NCBI RefSeq assembly: GCF_000315625.1
Contig: NW_005434653.1
Span: 105,615-169,614 of the forward strand
DNA length: 64,000 nt
Direction of reading: 5' to 3'
From: Guillardia theta CCMP2712
Taxonomy: Eukaryota > Protista > Cryptophyta
Under the pieces are notes generated by a model. That model searched no databases, was not told where the DNA came from, and saw only the letters and a program-made list of their open reading frames with translations. A program made the translations under genes and the position numbers. How positions within the stretch are numbered: the stretch's first letter is position 1; each line of letters opens with the position of its first letter. This document shows positions 1-12,030 of the stretch, one piece after another.

Positions 1-167
1 AGGCGGGAAGGGGAGGGAAAGGGGAGGAGGGGTTATTCACCTTCTCTGCATCAGTAGCACCCTGAAGAGCGGTAGAAGTTGAAGTTCTCAAAGCTTGAAG
101 CTGAGAGGTTCGCCATCTGCATGAATATCAGCCAAGTAAGCAGGTGGTGGTGGTTGTGTCACTGCGT

Positions 168-211
<44 letters not shown>

Positions 212-1328
212 ACTCTTGCTGATTCTGCTTCCTCTGCCTTTCTTTCATGCTTCTCCTTTCCTCTGCTCCACCTCCTCCCCCTCCATTACCACCCTGCTCT
301 CCTTGCCCTGCTCTCCTTGCCCTGCTCTCCTTGCCCTGCTCTCCTCGCCCTGCTCTCCTTGCCCTGCTCTCCTTGCCCTGCTCTCCTCGCCCTGCTCCCT
401 CCTCCTCTCCATACGTTGCGAAAGCGGATGCAGCCGACCAGAAAACTACTGAGAGTCCCATCCAGATGCCCAGCCCCACCAGCGCGACCTGCCGTTGCTC
501 GTCATGTCGAGCATGTAAAGGATAGATGTGCATGAGGGAAGTGAAGGGAGAAGAACGATCGGGTCAGTAGGAGGAGGAGGATCAGGATCAAGAGGGAACG
601 AAGTGGTAGGGGCAGGGGCAGGAGGCCACACATGCAGCAGGAAGGAGGAGGGGCGCGGAGACGGGGAGGAAACCTTCCAGGTTGGCTCGTGAGCGTTGAG
701 CATGGAGTTGACAGTTGGGAGGCTCCCGATGGGAAGCAGCCTGATTGCCCGCCTCCTTCAGCGCTCCCCTCCTCCTGACCTGCTCTCACCTGCTCCAGAT
801 CGCTGCGTCCTCCGTCCATCCAGCATAGGCGACCTGCGCACCATGTGATGACCCTGATGCTCGAGGAGGAAGGAGAGCACACAGGGGAGAGCTCAAGACC
901 CTTGGCCTTCGCTGCCTCTACTATCTCCGCGCACTCCCCACCTACACCGTATTTTCAGTTCATGGCAGGCGCTTCCTACGAACCTTCAAGCATGTCGTCA
1001 ACGAGGAAGATATCAGGGCTGCTGTGAAGCTTCCGCAGGCCTGCAGCACATTCAGTTTATAGGAATATCGTCCAATGGTAGGACAGCAACCAGGAAAGTC
1101 AGCATCGATCTCGATATGGTTGTCGAGCGACCGGACGGGGATGGAGAATGGAGCTAAGACAGCTCCTGTCCTGCCACGAGCAGCTGCAGGGGAACAGCCT
1201 GAGGAGGAGGAGGAGAAGGACGGGAGAGCTCTTGGAGTGGGAGCGACGAAGGACTGGGAGGAGGGGAGGAGGAGGAGGAGGAGGAGGAGAGGAGAGACGG
1301 AAAGGGGGGGAATGGGGGCGAGCTGCAT
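1..1328 (-). CDS. Plastid-targeted prolyl 4-hydroxylase-like 2OG-Fe(II) oxygenase, multi-exon, 3' part outside window
   Basis: ATG at 1328 gives [30 protein letters not shown] (signal peptide + F-starting, S-rich transit peptide). Splicing GT-AG introns yields IEIDADFPGLRKLHSSPDIFLVDDMLE..ECAEIVEAAK and later LRTSTS, typical of the P4H N-terminal region. The catalytic HxD..H part is not in the window. Confidence 0.55.
168..398. repeat. (CTG)n microsatellite plus a 14-bp minisatellite (CCCTGCTCTCCTTG), intronic
   Basis: Seen directly: CTG run at ~168-210 and ~7 copies of the 14-mer at ~291-398. Confidence 0.9.
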
Positions 1329-1489
1329 TTCCGTCAGGTCCAATGGAGCTTCAAAGGGGTAGGTACTGACGAACGATTTTGAATGAAAATAGGGGGTGGG
1401 GTGGTGGGCGATATGGGGCCGGAGATGATGGGGAGATTGGGGATGGCTGGGATGGCTGGGATGGCTGGGATTGCGATCGCGATGATGGC

Positions 1490-1547
1490 ATGGAGGAAGA
1501 GAAGGTAAGGAAGAGAAGGAGGAGAAGGAGGAGGAGGAGGTGGTGGT

Positions 1548-1579
<32 letters not shown>

Positions 1580-2335
1580 AGGAGGAGGAGGAGGAGGAGG
1601 AGGAGGAGGAGGAGAAAGTGGTAGTGGCAGCGAGAAATCAAGATAGCGAGGCAAGTAGAGATGAGGATGGAAGGGGTGCAGGAGGGGAAGTCTCCTGGAG
1701 AGGAACTTTGAAAGCCAATATCGGCATTGGCCTGATGATTGAAGTTCTTTCACTGACTCGCTGCTGTCATCCTTGACGTGCAGGTCGAACCCAGACGGAG
1801 AGCAGCAGCAGCAGCAGCAGCAGGGCTTGACTAGGATAGAAAGGTTGAAACTCCAGCTGGAGAAGTCCGGAGTCAAAAACTCTCGCTCGCACTGTTCGTC
1901 CATGAAGGTGAATCGTGTTTCCTTATCCCTTTCCTGTCATCCTCTGCTCTGCTCTGCTCTGCTCTGCTCTGCTCTGCTCTGCTCTGCTCTGCTCCCTCCT
2001 CCACACATCCCTGCTCTAACATATCTTTTCCAGGGTTGGGGATAGCCATCATGGCAGGGAGCTGGACTCTCTGCTACTTCTTCCGACCGAGCTCCCTCCT
2101 CCGCTCCGACGACGCCAGTCCCTTGGTGGAGAAGCTCAGTCTACGGTTTGAGGAGGCGCTGGTAGTTGCAGAGAGGAAGATCACCCGAATGTTCTCCTCC
2201 TCCCTCCTGGAAGGTCTTGACTCAAAGCAGCTCGTGCGATCACTCGCGGAGTCCATCGTCCTCCGAACCCTCCTCAAGCCCCTCCTCGTTCCTCTCAAGC
2301 TCTGGCTCACGCACTCCATTGTCAACTCCTGCTGA
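1490..2335 (+). CDS. Hypothetical spliced protein with hydrophobic segments
   Basis: The last exon follows TTTTCCAG at 2033 and reads GWGIAIMAGSWTLCYFFRPS...LKLWLTHSIVNSC*. It can be joined in frame to ...TLKANIGIGLMIE via a GT at ~1744. Start uncertain. Confidence 0.35.
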
Positions 2336-2599
2336 TCCCTGCGAGGAGCAGCGGGCAAAGCGCGACCGCTGCAGCGACGGAGCTGCTAAGGGAAGGTGGA
2401 TGGGGAAGCCGTTGTGGTCGTCGAAGGAACAACCTCGTACTCGTCATCATATACATGTACAAACTCTCCCTACTTCTCCCCGCCTCAGCATTTCCCTCTT
2501 GTACATTCCTTCCACCAACAACACTAGCACAGCTCGCAAGCTCCTCATGTCTACACTCCTCCTCTTGCCCACCTCCTGTCTAGCATGGTATCACGATCG

Positions 2600-4481
2600 T
2601 CACTCAACCTTTCTTGGACGCTTCCATGTTGTCTCCCCTGTCGCCCGGTTGAACCAGTAGGGCTTTCCTTGCGACCTGCTCTCCTCGTAAGTGAAGGATT
2701 CACCCGCAAAACTCCTCACCTCGACATCCGTTTCTTCCAGCCAGGAGGCAGCTCATCCTCCTCTGACTCGGGCTTCGCAACCTCAAGCGTCTGCATGGAG
2801 GACGCGGGCCGAGAGCTCGTCGTGCTGGAGGGCGAGGGAGATGGGGAGGACGGCGGTTTCCTCCCTGCCGACTTCATCAATTGCTCCAGCATCTTGTTTG
2901 CAGCTCGCTGCGCCTCCTGTTTGACCGACACCACCACGGGGCTTCGAGTCTCCTCCCCTTGCTCCTTCCTGGAGCTTGCAGCGGTCGGAGAAGTCAGAGC
3001 AGTCGCATCTCTCATCGGAGCCTCCACAGATTCTTCACGGCTCCTCCCCTCGCCTCCTCTCTCGCTTCCCTCTTGCCCTCCTCGATGCTGCTCCTTTTGC
3101 GCCGCACTCTCCTGAAGTTGACGGAGTACCTCACCGAAGGGGACGTGGCCCTCGGGAGGCTTCCATGATGTTGCCCTGGTAGCCTTCTGGAACCAGAACA
3201 CCTTTCCTGTTGTCTTTGATTTGACTGGCTTCCAACCAGTAGGGCTGAACTGCATAAGAGACTCAAAGGGCACATCTTCCCACCTGTCCTTCCCCTCAGT
3301 TGCTCTCGTCCTCGGCCCCTCCTCCGACACTGAGCCGTCTGGCGTGGTCACTTGGTGCCGACCCCTGCCAGCAGGCTCCAAGTCGCTCGCGTCCTCTGCA
3401 ACGCTCCTCCAGCTGCTATCCGACTGCACTGAGCTTGACCGCGAGAACGACCCCATGGAGCTCGGAGTTTTACTTCCTCCTCGCCACTTCCTCCTATACC
3501 CAGCCTTCTCCTTGGGCGCAAGACCCCATGATCGCATCAGGCTGGAGGCTTCCTCCAACGACGAGTAGTTGCACCTCTGCAAGGCCTTGAGCACCATATC
3601 CCGCTGAAACCCTTGCCGCCCTAGCTCCTCCTCCATGGACTGCTCTCTGGTCATGCTCTTGAGACCCTGAGCTCCCGTTTTGGCCGAGCTGGGCCGAGCG
3701 AGAGGAGGAGGAGCAAGAGGTGGCGGCGCAGGGGTGAGACGCGGCTTTCCGCTCCGAGGGCGAGAGGAGGAGGAGGAGGGTCGAGAAGGATTTCGATACC
3801 TCCCGGCCAACCTCTTGTAAGCTCTCTTGACCTGCACCCAGTCATGCTCTATTCGCGTGCTCCGATGGACCATACCTCCTCGGGGGAAGCGTTGGACGGG
3901 AGCCCGAGGAGGGCATAGACGTCGACCGTGCTCCTGTGAATGTCGACGATGTCGTCCGAGATCTTGACGTGCGGCTCATCCTGCATGACGCGCTGCAGCT
4001 GCTCGAACGAGGCCTTCTCAAGGATGGCAATCACCTCCTCCTTCTCTGCAAGCTCCACGGGCGTGTACCCCATTCCGTCCCTTTGCGAGAGATTCAAGCT
4101 CGTCATCTCCAGCAGCACGCTTAGCACGTCAGCATGCCCCCGGTAGGCCGCGAAGTGGACGGGGCTCCAACCCCCCTCCGAGACTGTCACAGGGTCCGCC
4201 CGCAGCTCCAGGAGCCTCCTTACGACCTTTTCCCTCCCCTTCCAGCAGGCCGCGTGCAGGGGAGTACTGCAGCTCGCGTCGATCGCGTCGATGTTGGCCT
4301 TCCTCTCGACGAGAAGCTCTACGACACCCATCCTGCCGTTCCTCGCTGCCTTGTGCAGGGCAGTCCATCCCCCCAGCTCCCGCTGCTCCAGTTGGGCTCT
4401 CCCATACTTGTCAAGGAGATGGCGAACTCTCTTCTCGTCCCCTCGTCCCGCCGCTCCCAGCAGGCTCTGCTTCCCCCCCAT
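2600..4481 (-). CDS. Ankyrin-repeat + J-domain-like + UBA-like + 2x WW domain protein
   Basis: Ankyrin motifs GWTALHKAA, STPLHAAC and GWSPVHFAA. A 44-nt intron (3832-3875) joins DVYALLGLPSNASPEE to VKRAYKRLA. UBA-like GFQRDMVLKALQRCNY. WW1 PTGWKPVKSKTTGKVFWFQKATRATSWKPP. WW2 LPPGWKKRMSR/SQGKPYWFNRATGETTWKRP spans a second short intron. Stop TGA at 2600-2602. Confidence 0.85.
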
Positions 4482-4505
4482 TCCCTTTCCCTCCCTCCCT
4501 CGCAC

Positions 4506-4555
4506 AGTCACTCTTTGACAGACCTAGTCATCACTCTTTGACAGACCTAGTCATC
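4506..4555. repeat. 24-bp tandem duplication upstream of the ankyrin gene
   Basis: TCACTCTTTGACAGACCTAGTCA occurs twice in tandem. Confidence 0.8.
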
Positions 4556-4659
4556 CCGCCTTCCTCTCCGAGTAGGCTAGTCCGGTTTGCAGTGCCGGGA
4601 TGATTTCCATTTTCACTGAGTCAATAAACTAAGGCTCTAGCTAGACGAGTAAATCAAGT

Positions 4660-4900
4660 TTCAGTTTAAAAAGCGGCCGCGTGGCGGCGGCGGCGGCCCG
4701 GCCCCCGGCGGCCGGGCGGCTGAGGCCCCGGCCCGGCCGTCGGCCCGGCTCAGGCTGAACCCGGCCCCTACTGCAGTGCCACGGTCCGTCCGATCGGACC
4801 GGGTTGCCATGATCACCGTGACTGCAACTAGAACTCCAAGAACCGGACCCACAGGAGCCTGTGGAGTAAACTCAGTCACCCGACGTGCCGACTGATTCAC
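4660..4900. repeat. GC-rich short-word mosaic patch in a divergent promoter region
   Basis: Dense CCGG/GGCC, GTCAC/TGACT and ACGGT words between the ANK gene start (-) and the Myb start (+). Confidence 0.6.
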
Positions 4901-5297
4901 TTCGGAAAATGGGCTCAAAACGATGAGGCAATGTTTGGGCTAGGGCGATACTTGATAGAACCAGTGTCAGCAAATGCCTTAGGGATCCGAGTAACAGGAG
5001 TAAACTGTGACGTGCCGACTCATTCACTTCCATATGATCAGCACTCCATGAGCCGATACCGCGTCGATCCATCAGCCTGCATGGCCAACCACGTTACCCC
5101 CAACCCCGCCAAGATACGTTTGCCTAGAAATGACGTCCCTTCGGACTTCCTGGGACTGTTCTCCCCGCCAAGCGTTGCAAGTCACTGTCGTTCTGTCCGC
5201 CCCCTTCTCCCACGCGTCACGAGGGCAGACAGGTGCTAGCAGGCTACTTAACCCCCCTTCCAACCGCCCGCCCTCCACGCCCGCCAAGCCCTGAGCC

Positions 5298-5804
5298 ATG
5301 TCTGCTTGCCCCTCCATCGACGATGCTGTAGCTGCCCTCTACCCCCTCGACATCCATCCCCCTTACCTCTCCTGCCCCTCCCCAGCCGAGCACCAGCCGG
5401 CTTCTCGGTCCTGCTCTCCCCTCCTGCCGTCGTACGCATCCCTCTGCGCATGCCCCCCGCCGTCGCAGCCTCCAGGCCAGGACGACACAAGTCTGCCCGA
5501 CGAGTCTAGCAGCGACAGCGGAGACAGCGGGGACAGCGGGGACTCCTTCTCCAGCAAGCGCAAGATGTGGTCCCCCGACGAGCACGCCCGCTTCCTCGAG
5601 GCCCTTCGCAGGCATGTCGCCCTCAAGCACAGGTCCGGTCTGCCAGACGCGGCGACGGGCAAGCTGCGGGTCGGGCTGGGACGAGGAGCGGCGAGGAAGA
5701 TCGCGCAGGCCGTGGGGACGAGGAGCGAGGCGCAGGTGCGATCGCACGCGCAGAAGGTGTTCCAGCAGGCCAGCAGGGCCGGCAGGTCTCCATGGGAGGT
5801 GTAG
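5298..5804 (+). CDS. SHAQKYF-class single Myb domain transcription factor (SHAQKVF variant), copy 1
   Basis: WSPDEHARFLEAL...IAQAVGTRSEAQVRSHAQKVF; intronless, 168 aa. Confidence 0.92.
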   Translation: MSACPSIDDAVAALYPLDIHPPYLSCPSPAEHQPASRSCSPLLPSYASLCACPPPSQPPGQDDTSLPDESSSDSGDSGDSGDSFSSKRKMWSPDEHARFLEALRRHVALKHRSGLPDAATGKLRVGLGRGAARKIAQAVGTRSEAQVRSHAQKVFQQASRAGRSPWEV

Positions 5805-6495
5805 AGGAGGAGGCAGAGGGAGGTAGGACGGCAGGATATCATGTATAGATAAAGCGAGAAGCCCGAGCTGTTGTTCATGTCGCACCACACCCTTGAGGCC
5901 TTGAAATCAAGCTCCGTTTCCTCTGGTCTCCGTGGAGTCTTGGAAGGATCTGCTGCTGATCTTGCTCAGCCTGCATGTCAGGGCGTTCAGTATCAGAGCA
6001 GAGCTCTCTGGAGCCCAAGCAGAGCAGCTCGCTGCTCCCTGTCCTGCTGGATGCTGACGGCCTTTGAAGTGTCTTTGAGACTTTGCTGCCTTCTTCCTCA
6101 CCTTCTGCCATTGCGGATGCTTGGACGTACAACGCAATCAGCTGTAACAGATCTCGCCCAGTCGCTGAGGCTCGGATGTGACACCTTGACGATTCATCTT
6201 GTTGCTGCTTGCGGCGGTCGTGGTGGAGCATGGCAAGGGCCGACACAGGAGCATTGGACGGGACGTGGGTAGACGACAGATACTGCAATCAGCTTGAGCG
6301 CTCAGGGCCTGCGGACATCCTTGCAAATGAGCTACAGCAGCCATGATCGGAGTACACTCGCTGTGTATCAGGGAGGCGGGCTTGCTTATTTATTCATAGC
6401 ACACAGCTCTTGCCTCCTCCTCCTCCTCCTCCTCCTCTACACGCACTGTTACATGGACCTTGTCCTTGAACACCACTACCGAGCGCCCCTCTCCT

Positions 6496-6804
6496 CTATC
6501 TCTGCTTCCGCATGTAGCCGGTGGAGATGAGAGGGCTTGCCTGGTCTGCTGCTTTGCCGCTCGAAGCGTAGAGGATGAAGTTGCCCATGGCGTCGATCGA
6601 CCGGCTCATCGTCCTGCTTGTCGCCTGGAGCGCATGGAAGTAGGAGCTGTGCTGCGCGGCGGCGCCAGCGGGGGAGATTGACGGGGATACAGGAGAGCTC
6701 TCGGGAAGGCAAGCGGGCGGGCGGATGGCAGGCATGGAGGAATCCAGGCAGGGCGAGGCATGCGGTGAGCTTGCTGCATGCTGACCGAGAGGGATGCATG
6801 TCAT
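6496..6804 (-). CDS. Small hypothetical protein divergent to Myb copy 2 (repeat unit)
   Basis: ~100 aa P/S-rich ORF (MTCIPLGQHAASS...GYMRKQR*) with AATAAA about 100 nt downstream on the minus strand (~6387). No domain recognised. Confidence 0.35.
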   Translation of the reverse strand: MTCIPLGQHAASSPHASPCLDSSMPAIRPPACLPESSPVSPSISPAGAAAQHSSYFHALQATSRTMSRSIDAMGNFILYASSGKAADQASPLISTGYMRKQR

Positions 6805-7286
6805 GACGGCTGAGGGAGAGCAAGCAAGCGGGGTAGGAGGAAGGTAGGGGACGAGGTAGGGGAGCAAGAAGATCCAAGGCTGGCAGGAAGAGGGAGCCTG
6901 GGGACGAGGGCGAGAGACTGAGGGAGGAAAAGGACCAAGCCTGGAAGCAGACGAAAATGGGCTCAGAACGCAATGTTTCGGTCAGGGTCACGGTACCTCT
7001 CGCAAGGAGTAAGCTGTGACGTGCCAACTTCACTGTCAGCACTCCATGAGCCGATACCGCGTCGATCCATCAGCCTGCATGGCCAACCACGTTACCCCCA
7101 ACCCCGCCAAGATACGTTTGCCTAGAAATGACGTCCCTTCGGACTTCCTGGGACTGTTCTCCCCGCCAAGCGTTGCAAGTTTCGTCCGCCCCCTTCTCCC
7201 ACGCGTCACGAGGGCAGACAGGTGCTAGCAGGCTACTTAACCCCCCTTCCAACCGCCCGCCCTCCACGCCCGCCAAGCCCTGAGCC

Positions 7287-7793
7287 ATGTCTGCTTGCCC
7301 CTCCATCGACGATGCTGTAGCTGCCCTCTACCCCCTCGACATCCATCCCTCCTACCTCTCCTGCACCTCCCCAGCCGAGCACCAGCCGGCTTCTCGGTCC
7401 TGCTCTCCCCTCCTACCGTCGTACGCATCCCTCTGCGCATGCCCCCCGCCGTCGCAGCCTCCAGGCCAGGACGACACAAGTCTGCCCGACGAGTCTAGCA
7501 GCGACAGCGGAGACAGCGGGGACAGCGGGGACTCCTTCTCCAGCAAGCGCAAGATGTGGTCCCCCGACGAGCACGCCCGCTTCCTCGAGGCCCTTCGCAG
7601 GCATGTCGCCCTCAAGCACAGGTCCGGTCTGCCAGACGCGGCGACGGGCAAGCTGCGGGTCGGGCTGGGACGAGGAGCGGCGAGGAAGATCGCGCAGGCC
7701 GTGGGGACGAGGAGCGAGGCGCAGGTGCGATCGCACGCGCAGAAGGTGTTCCAGCAGGCCAGCAGGGCCGGCAGGTCTCCATGGGAGGTGTAG
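7287..7793 (+). CDS. SHAQKYF-class Myb transcription factor, copy 2
   Basis: Same as copy 1 except two residues in the N-terminal region. Confidence 0.92.
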   Translation: MSACPSIDDAVAALYPLDIHPSYLSCTSPAEHQPASRSCSPLLPSYASLCACPPPSQPPGQDDTSLPDESSSDSGDSGDSGDSFSSKRKMWSPDEHARFLEALRRHVALKHRSGLPDAATGKLRVGLGRGAARKIAQAVGTRSEAQVRSHAQKVFQQASRAGRSPWEV

Positions 7794-8484
7794 AGGAGGA
7801 GGCAGAGGGAGGTAGGACGGCAGGATATCATGTATAGATAAAGCGAGAAGCCCGAGCTGTTGTTCATGTCGCACCACACCCTTGAGGCCTTGAAATCAAG
7901 CTCCGTTTCCTCTGGTCTCCGTGGAGTCTTGGAAGGATCTGCTGCTGATCTTGCTCAGCCTGCATGTCAGGGCGTTCAGTATCAGAGCAGAGCTCTCTGG
8001 AGCCCAAGCAGAGCAGCTCGCTGCTCCCTGTCCTGCTGGATGCTGACGGCCTTTGAAGTGTCTTTGAGACTTTGCTGCCTTCTTCCTCACCTTCTGCCAT
8101 TGCGGATGCTTGGACGTACAACGCAATCAGCTGTAACAGATCTCGCCCAGTCGCTGAGGCTCGGATGTGACACCTTGACGATTCATCTTGTTGCTGCTTG
8201 CGGCGGCCGTGGTGGAGCATGGCAAGGGCCGACACAGGGGCATCGGACGGGACGTGGGTAGACGACAGATACTGCAATCAGCTTGAGCGCTCAGGGCCTG
8301 CGGACATCCTTGCAAATGAGCTACAGCAGCCATGATCGGAGTACACTCGCTGTGTATCAGGGAGGCGGGCTTGCTTATTTATTCATAGCACACAGCTCTT
8401 GCCTCCTCCTCCTCCTCCTCCTCCTCTACACGCACTGTTACATGGACCTTGTCCTTGAACACCACTACCGAGCGCCCCTCTCCT

Positions 8485-8793
8485 CTATCTCTGCTTCCGC
8501 ATGTAGCCGGTGGAGATGAGAGGGCTTGCCTGGTCTGCTGCTTTGCCGCTCGAAGCGTAGAGGATGAAGTTGCCCATGGCGTCGATCGACCGGCTCATCG
8601 TCCTGCTTGTCGCCTGGAGCGCATGGAAGTAGGAGCTGTGCTGCGCGGCGGCGCCAGCGGGGGAGATTGACGGGGATACAGGAGAGCTCTCGGGAAGGCA
8701 AGCGGGCGGGCGGATGGCAGGCATGGAGGAATCCAGGCAGGGCGAGGCATGCGGTGAGCTTGCTGCATGCTGACCGAGAGGGATGCATGTCAT
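8485..8793 (-). CDS. Small hypothetical protein divergent to Myb copy 3 (repeat unit)
   Basis: Duplicate of 6496-6804. Confidence 0.35.
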   Translation of the reverse strand: MTCIPLGQHAASSPHASPCLDSSMPAIRPPACLPESSPVSPSISPAGAAAQHSSYFHALQATSRTMSRSIDAMGNFILYASSGKAADQASPLISTGYMRKQR

Positions 8794-9276
8794 GACGGCT
8801 GAGAGAGAGCAAGCAAGCGGGGTAGGAGGAAGGTAGGGGACGAGGTAGGGGAGCAAGAAGATCCAAGGCTGGCAGGAAGAGGGAGCCTGGGGACGAGAGC
8901 GAGAGACTGAGGGAGGAAAAGGACCAAGCCTGGAAGCAGACGAAAATGGGCTCAGAACGCAATGTTTCGGTCAGGGTCACGGTACCTCTCGCAAGGAGTA
9001 AGCTGTGACGTGCCAACTTCACTGTCAGCACTCCATGAGCCGATACCGCGTCGATCCATCAGCCTGCATGGCCAACCACGTTACCCCCAACCCCGCCAAG
9101 ATACGTTTGCCTAGAAATGACGTCCCTTCGGACTTCCTGGGACTGTTCTCCCCGCCAAGCGTTGCAAGTTTCGTCCGCCCCCTTCTCCCACGCGTCACGA
9201 GGGCAGACAGGTGCTAGCAGGCTACTTAACCCCCCCCTCCAACCGCCCGCCCTCCACGCCCGCCAAGCCCTGAGCC

Positions 9277-9783
9277 ATGTCTGCTTGCCCCTCCATCGAC
9301 GATGCTGTAGCTGCCCTCTACCCCCTCGACATCCATCCCTCCTACCTCTCCTGCACCTCCCCAGCCGAGCACCAGCCGGCTTCTCGGTCCTGCTCTCCCC
9401 TCCTACCGTCGTACGCATCCCTCTGCGCATGCCCCCCGCCGTCGCAGCCTCCAGGCCAGGACGACACAAGTCTGCCCGACGAGTCTAGCAGCGACAGCGG
9501 AGACAGCGGGGACAGCGGGGACTCCTTCTCCAGCAAGCGCAAGATGTGGTCCCCCGACGAGCACGCCCGCTTCCTCGAGGCCCTTCGCAGGCATGTCGCC
9601 CTCAAGCACAGGTCCGGTCTGCCAGACGCGGCGACGGGCAAGCTGCGGGTCGGGCTGGGACGAGGAGCGGCGAGGAAGATCGCGCAGGCCGTGGGGACGA
9701 GGAGCGAGGCGCAGGTGCGATCGCACGCGCAGAAGGTGTTCCAGCAGGCCAGCAGGGCCGGCAGGTCTCCATGGGAGGTGTAG
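9277..9783 (+). CDS. SHAQKYF-class Myb transcription factor, copy 3
   Basis: Protein identical to copy 2. Confidence 0.92.
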   Translation: MSACPSIDDAVAALYPLDIHPSYLSCTSPAEHQPASRSCSPLLPSYASLCACPPPSQPPGQDDTSLPDESSSDSGDSGDSGDSFSSKRKMWSPDEHARFLEALRRHVALKHRSGLPDAATGKLRVGLGRGAARKIAQAVGTRSEAQVRSHAQKVFQQASRAGRSPWEV

Positions 9784-9896
9784 AGGAGGAGGCAGAGGGA
9801 GGTAGGACGGCAGGATATCATGTATAGATAAAGCGAGAAGCCCGAGCTGTTGTTCATGTCGCACCACACCCTTGAGGCCTTGAAATCAAGCTCCGT

Positions 9897-12030
9897 TTCC
9901 TCTGGTCTCCGTGGAGTCTTGGAAGGATCTGCTGCTGATCTTGCTCAGCCTGCATGTCAGGGCGTGCAGTATCGGAGCAGAGCTCTCTGGAGCCCAAGCA
10001 GAGCAGCTCGCTGCTCCCTGTCCTGCTGGAAGCTGTCGCTGAAGCCTGCCATTGTCTCGTCATTCTCAATTTTTGCTTCCTTTCTCCCTACCTCCGGCCT
10101 TCAGGGCTGCCGCTGGTTCCCTCGGCTCCTTTCGCGCTATCTTTTCCGCAGGCGGGGCTTCCGCAGGCGCTTGCTGGGCCTGGACCCCCTGCTGCTGCAA
10201 GATCTGCTCTCAACCAGAATCGTCAACTCCCCCGCCCTCCGACATGCTCGCGAGCTCTGACCTTCTGCTGGAGCTTTTCCGCATGATGCCGCGCCTGTGA
10301 CACGTGGTCAGTTGCCCAAAGTCTTGCTCTGATACGGAGCTCCGTACAGGAGGCGGCACAGCAGTCGGAGCTGCGGACTTGACGTGCTTGTCTGGCTGCA
10401 GAGGTATACGTCAGCGTCGGACTTTCAGCCCCAAGAGGCATCGAGGGGAAGGGAGAGAATGAGGAGAGAGGTTGGGCTAAGGACCTTATGGTTCGTTTTC
10501 TTCTCTGACACGAATAGAGGTTTTCCCGGTGCAATCTGTCGCCCTCTCATCAGTTCTGACCTCCTCCTGCCTGCGATATGGAGGAGGAGAATTGGGAAGT
10601 GGGGAAAAGAAGGGAGAAGTGGAGGATGAAGGAGGAAGAAGGAGAACGGGAAGGAGGAAGTGAGAGGTGGGGAGGGTAGGAGAGAGTGATACCTGCCAGT
10701 CAAGAGGAGCAACTCCGAAGCTCGACTCCAGCTTCTTCTTGATCCCCTAGAGAGGTAGCGGCTGAGCTGAGTCTTGTGCTGTCCGCAGTTCTGACCTGGT
10801 TCCTGACGATGGCGTCTCGATTGTTCTGAGAGTGCTCGGCTAGCTGAGCTTCCAGCTCATCGAGGTCGACCTTGTTGACCAGTCGATCGATAATGCTCTC
10901 GACCTGCTCCCGCCCGTCAGGCACAGGCTCGGAGGGCAAGGCCGGCCCACCTCCTCCAGGTAGGCGTTGTAGAGCTTCTTGGCCTCAGCCGGAGTCACGT
11001 CGGAGGAGCGGAAGTCTTCTTCCTGCCTGTTGTAGACGCTGCATAGGATGGTGATCGGAGGGAGGAAGAGCTCAGTCAAGACCTCAAGACTTTGTGCCGG
11101 ATCTTGATCTCTCTGCGGACAAAGGGATCCTGCCATAGCAAGTCATTCATCCCTGCTTCTCTCCATCGCTCTCGTTGCTGCCTCTCCATGTGTTGGCACG
11201 AGCTCCTCCTTTCTGCTCGCTGAGTCAGCGGGAGCAGCGGGAGAGTCTAGAGGAGACCTGAAGGAGAATGGCGAACNNNNNNNNNNNNNNNNNNNNNNNN
11301 NNNNNNNNNNNNNNNNNNNNNNNNNNNNNNNNNNNNNNNNNNNNNNNNNNNNNNNNNNNNNNNNNNNNNNNNNNNNGACAATAGTTTCCAGAATGGACAA
11401 CTCCATTACTTCTGCTTACCTTGGCGTTGTGAGCATCTTCCCACATAGGCATGATCACGTTCACGGAAGAGATGGTAGTTACACCCAACAGGAAGTTTGC
11501 TTGGTGGAGGAATGTTGTTGATCGTTCCCTGCGGTAGTAAGTTCTCAACTGGGACATCTCATTGTCGTTTTTCTTCTCACCCAGAAGTCTTCAATCGTAT
11601 CAAACTCACTCACTCGTTTCATGTTCATCGTCAAAGTCAGAGAGGGACAGAGGGAGGGGATGTACAAGCAGGTTCGCAGACAGCAGTCAACAAGAGGGAG
11701 AGCAGGGGCGAAGGAGGATCGGAAGAAGCATGAGGGAGGAGTTCACTTTGTTCGCTCTGAACGCACTTCCACAGCACGGTTCACAGAGGGTGTGCCCACA
11801 AGGAGCGATGAGCAATCTGATCTGCAGAGAAAAGCGTCAAAGTTGCCCTGACTCTAGCATGACAAATACAGTCGGCGACGAGTCCTGGCAGAAGCTGCAG
11901 GCACTGAGCGCTACCTCCACATCCTCCCACATCCTCTGATCAGCTCCTCCTCATCATCATCGTCGCCGTCGTCGCCGTCGTCTCAGTAGCTCCAACACTC
12001 CATGGGCCTGCCTGGGGCAACCAAGGTCAA
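9897..12030 (-). CDS. Hypothetical multi-exon protein spanning a scaffold gap
   Basis: Exon-like segments bounded by GT/AG: FLHQANFLLGVTTISSVNVIMPMWEDAHNAK; ELFLPPITILCSVYNRQEEDFRSSDVTPAEAKKLYNAYLEE; VESIIDRLVNKVDLDELEAQLAEHSQNNRDAIVRNQ. Ends uncertain. Confidence 0.45.
11277..11376. other. Assembly gap (100 N)
   Basis: Run of N. Confidence 1.

Larger units (their letters stand above)
5000..10030. repeat. Tandem segmental repeat, ~1989-1990 bp unit, ~2.5 near-identical copies
   Basis: ORFs recur at offsets of 1989 and 1990 (5298/7287/9277; 6496/8485). Identity ends at ~10030. Confidence 0.97.

Noticed and set aside
6496-6700. Possible degenerate Myb in the small divergent ORF (YFHALQ..DAMGNF)
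   Set aside because: Similarity is too weak; no W or SHAQK motif.
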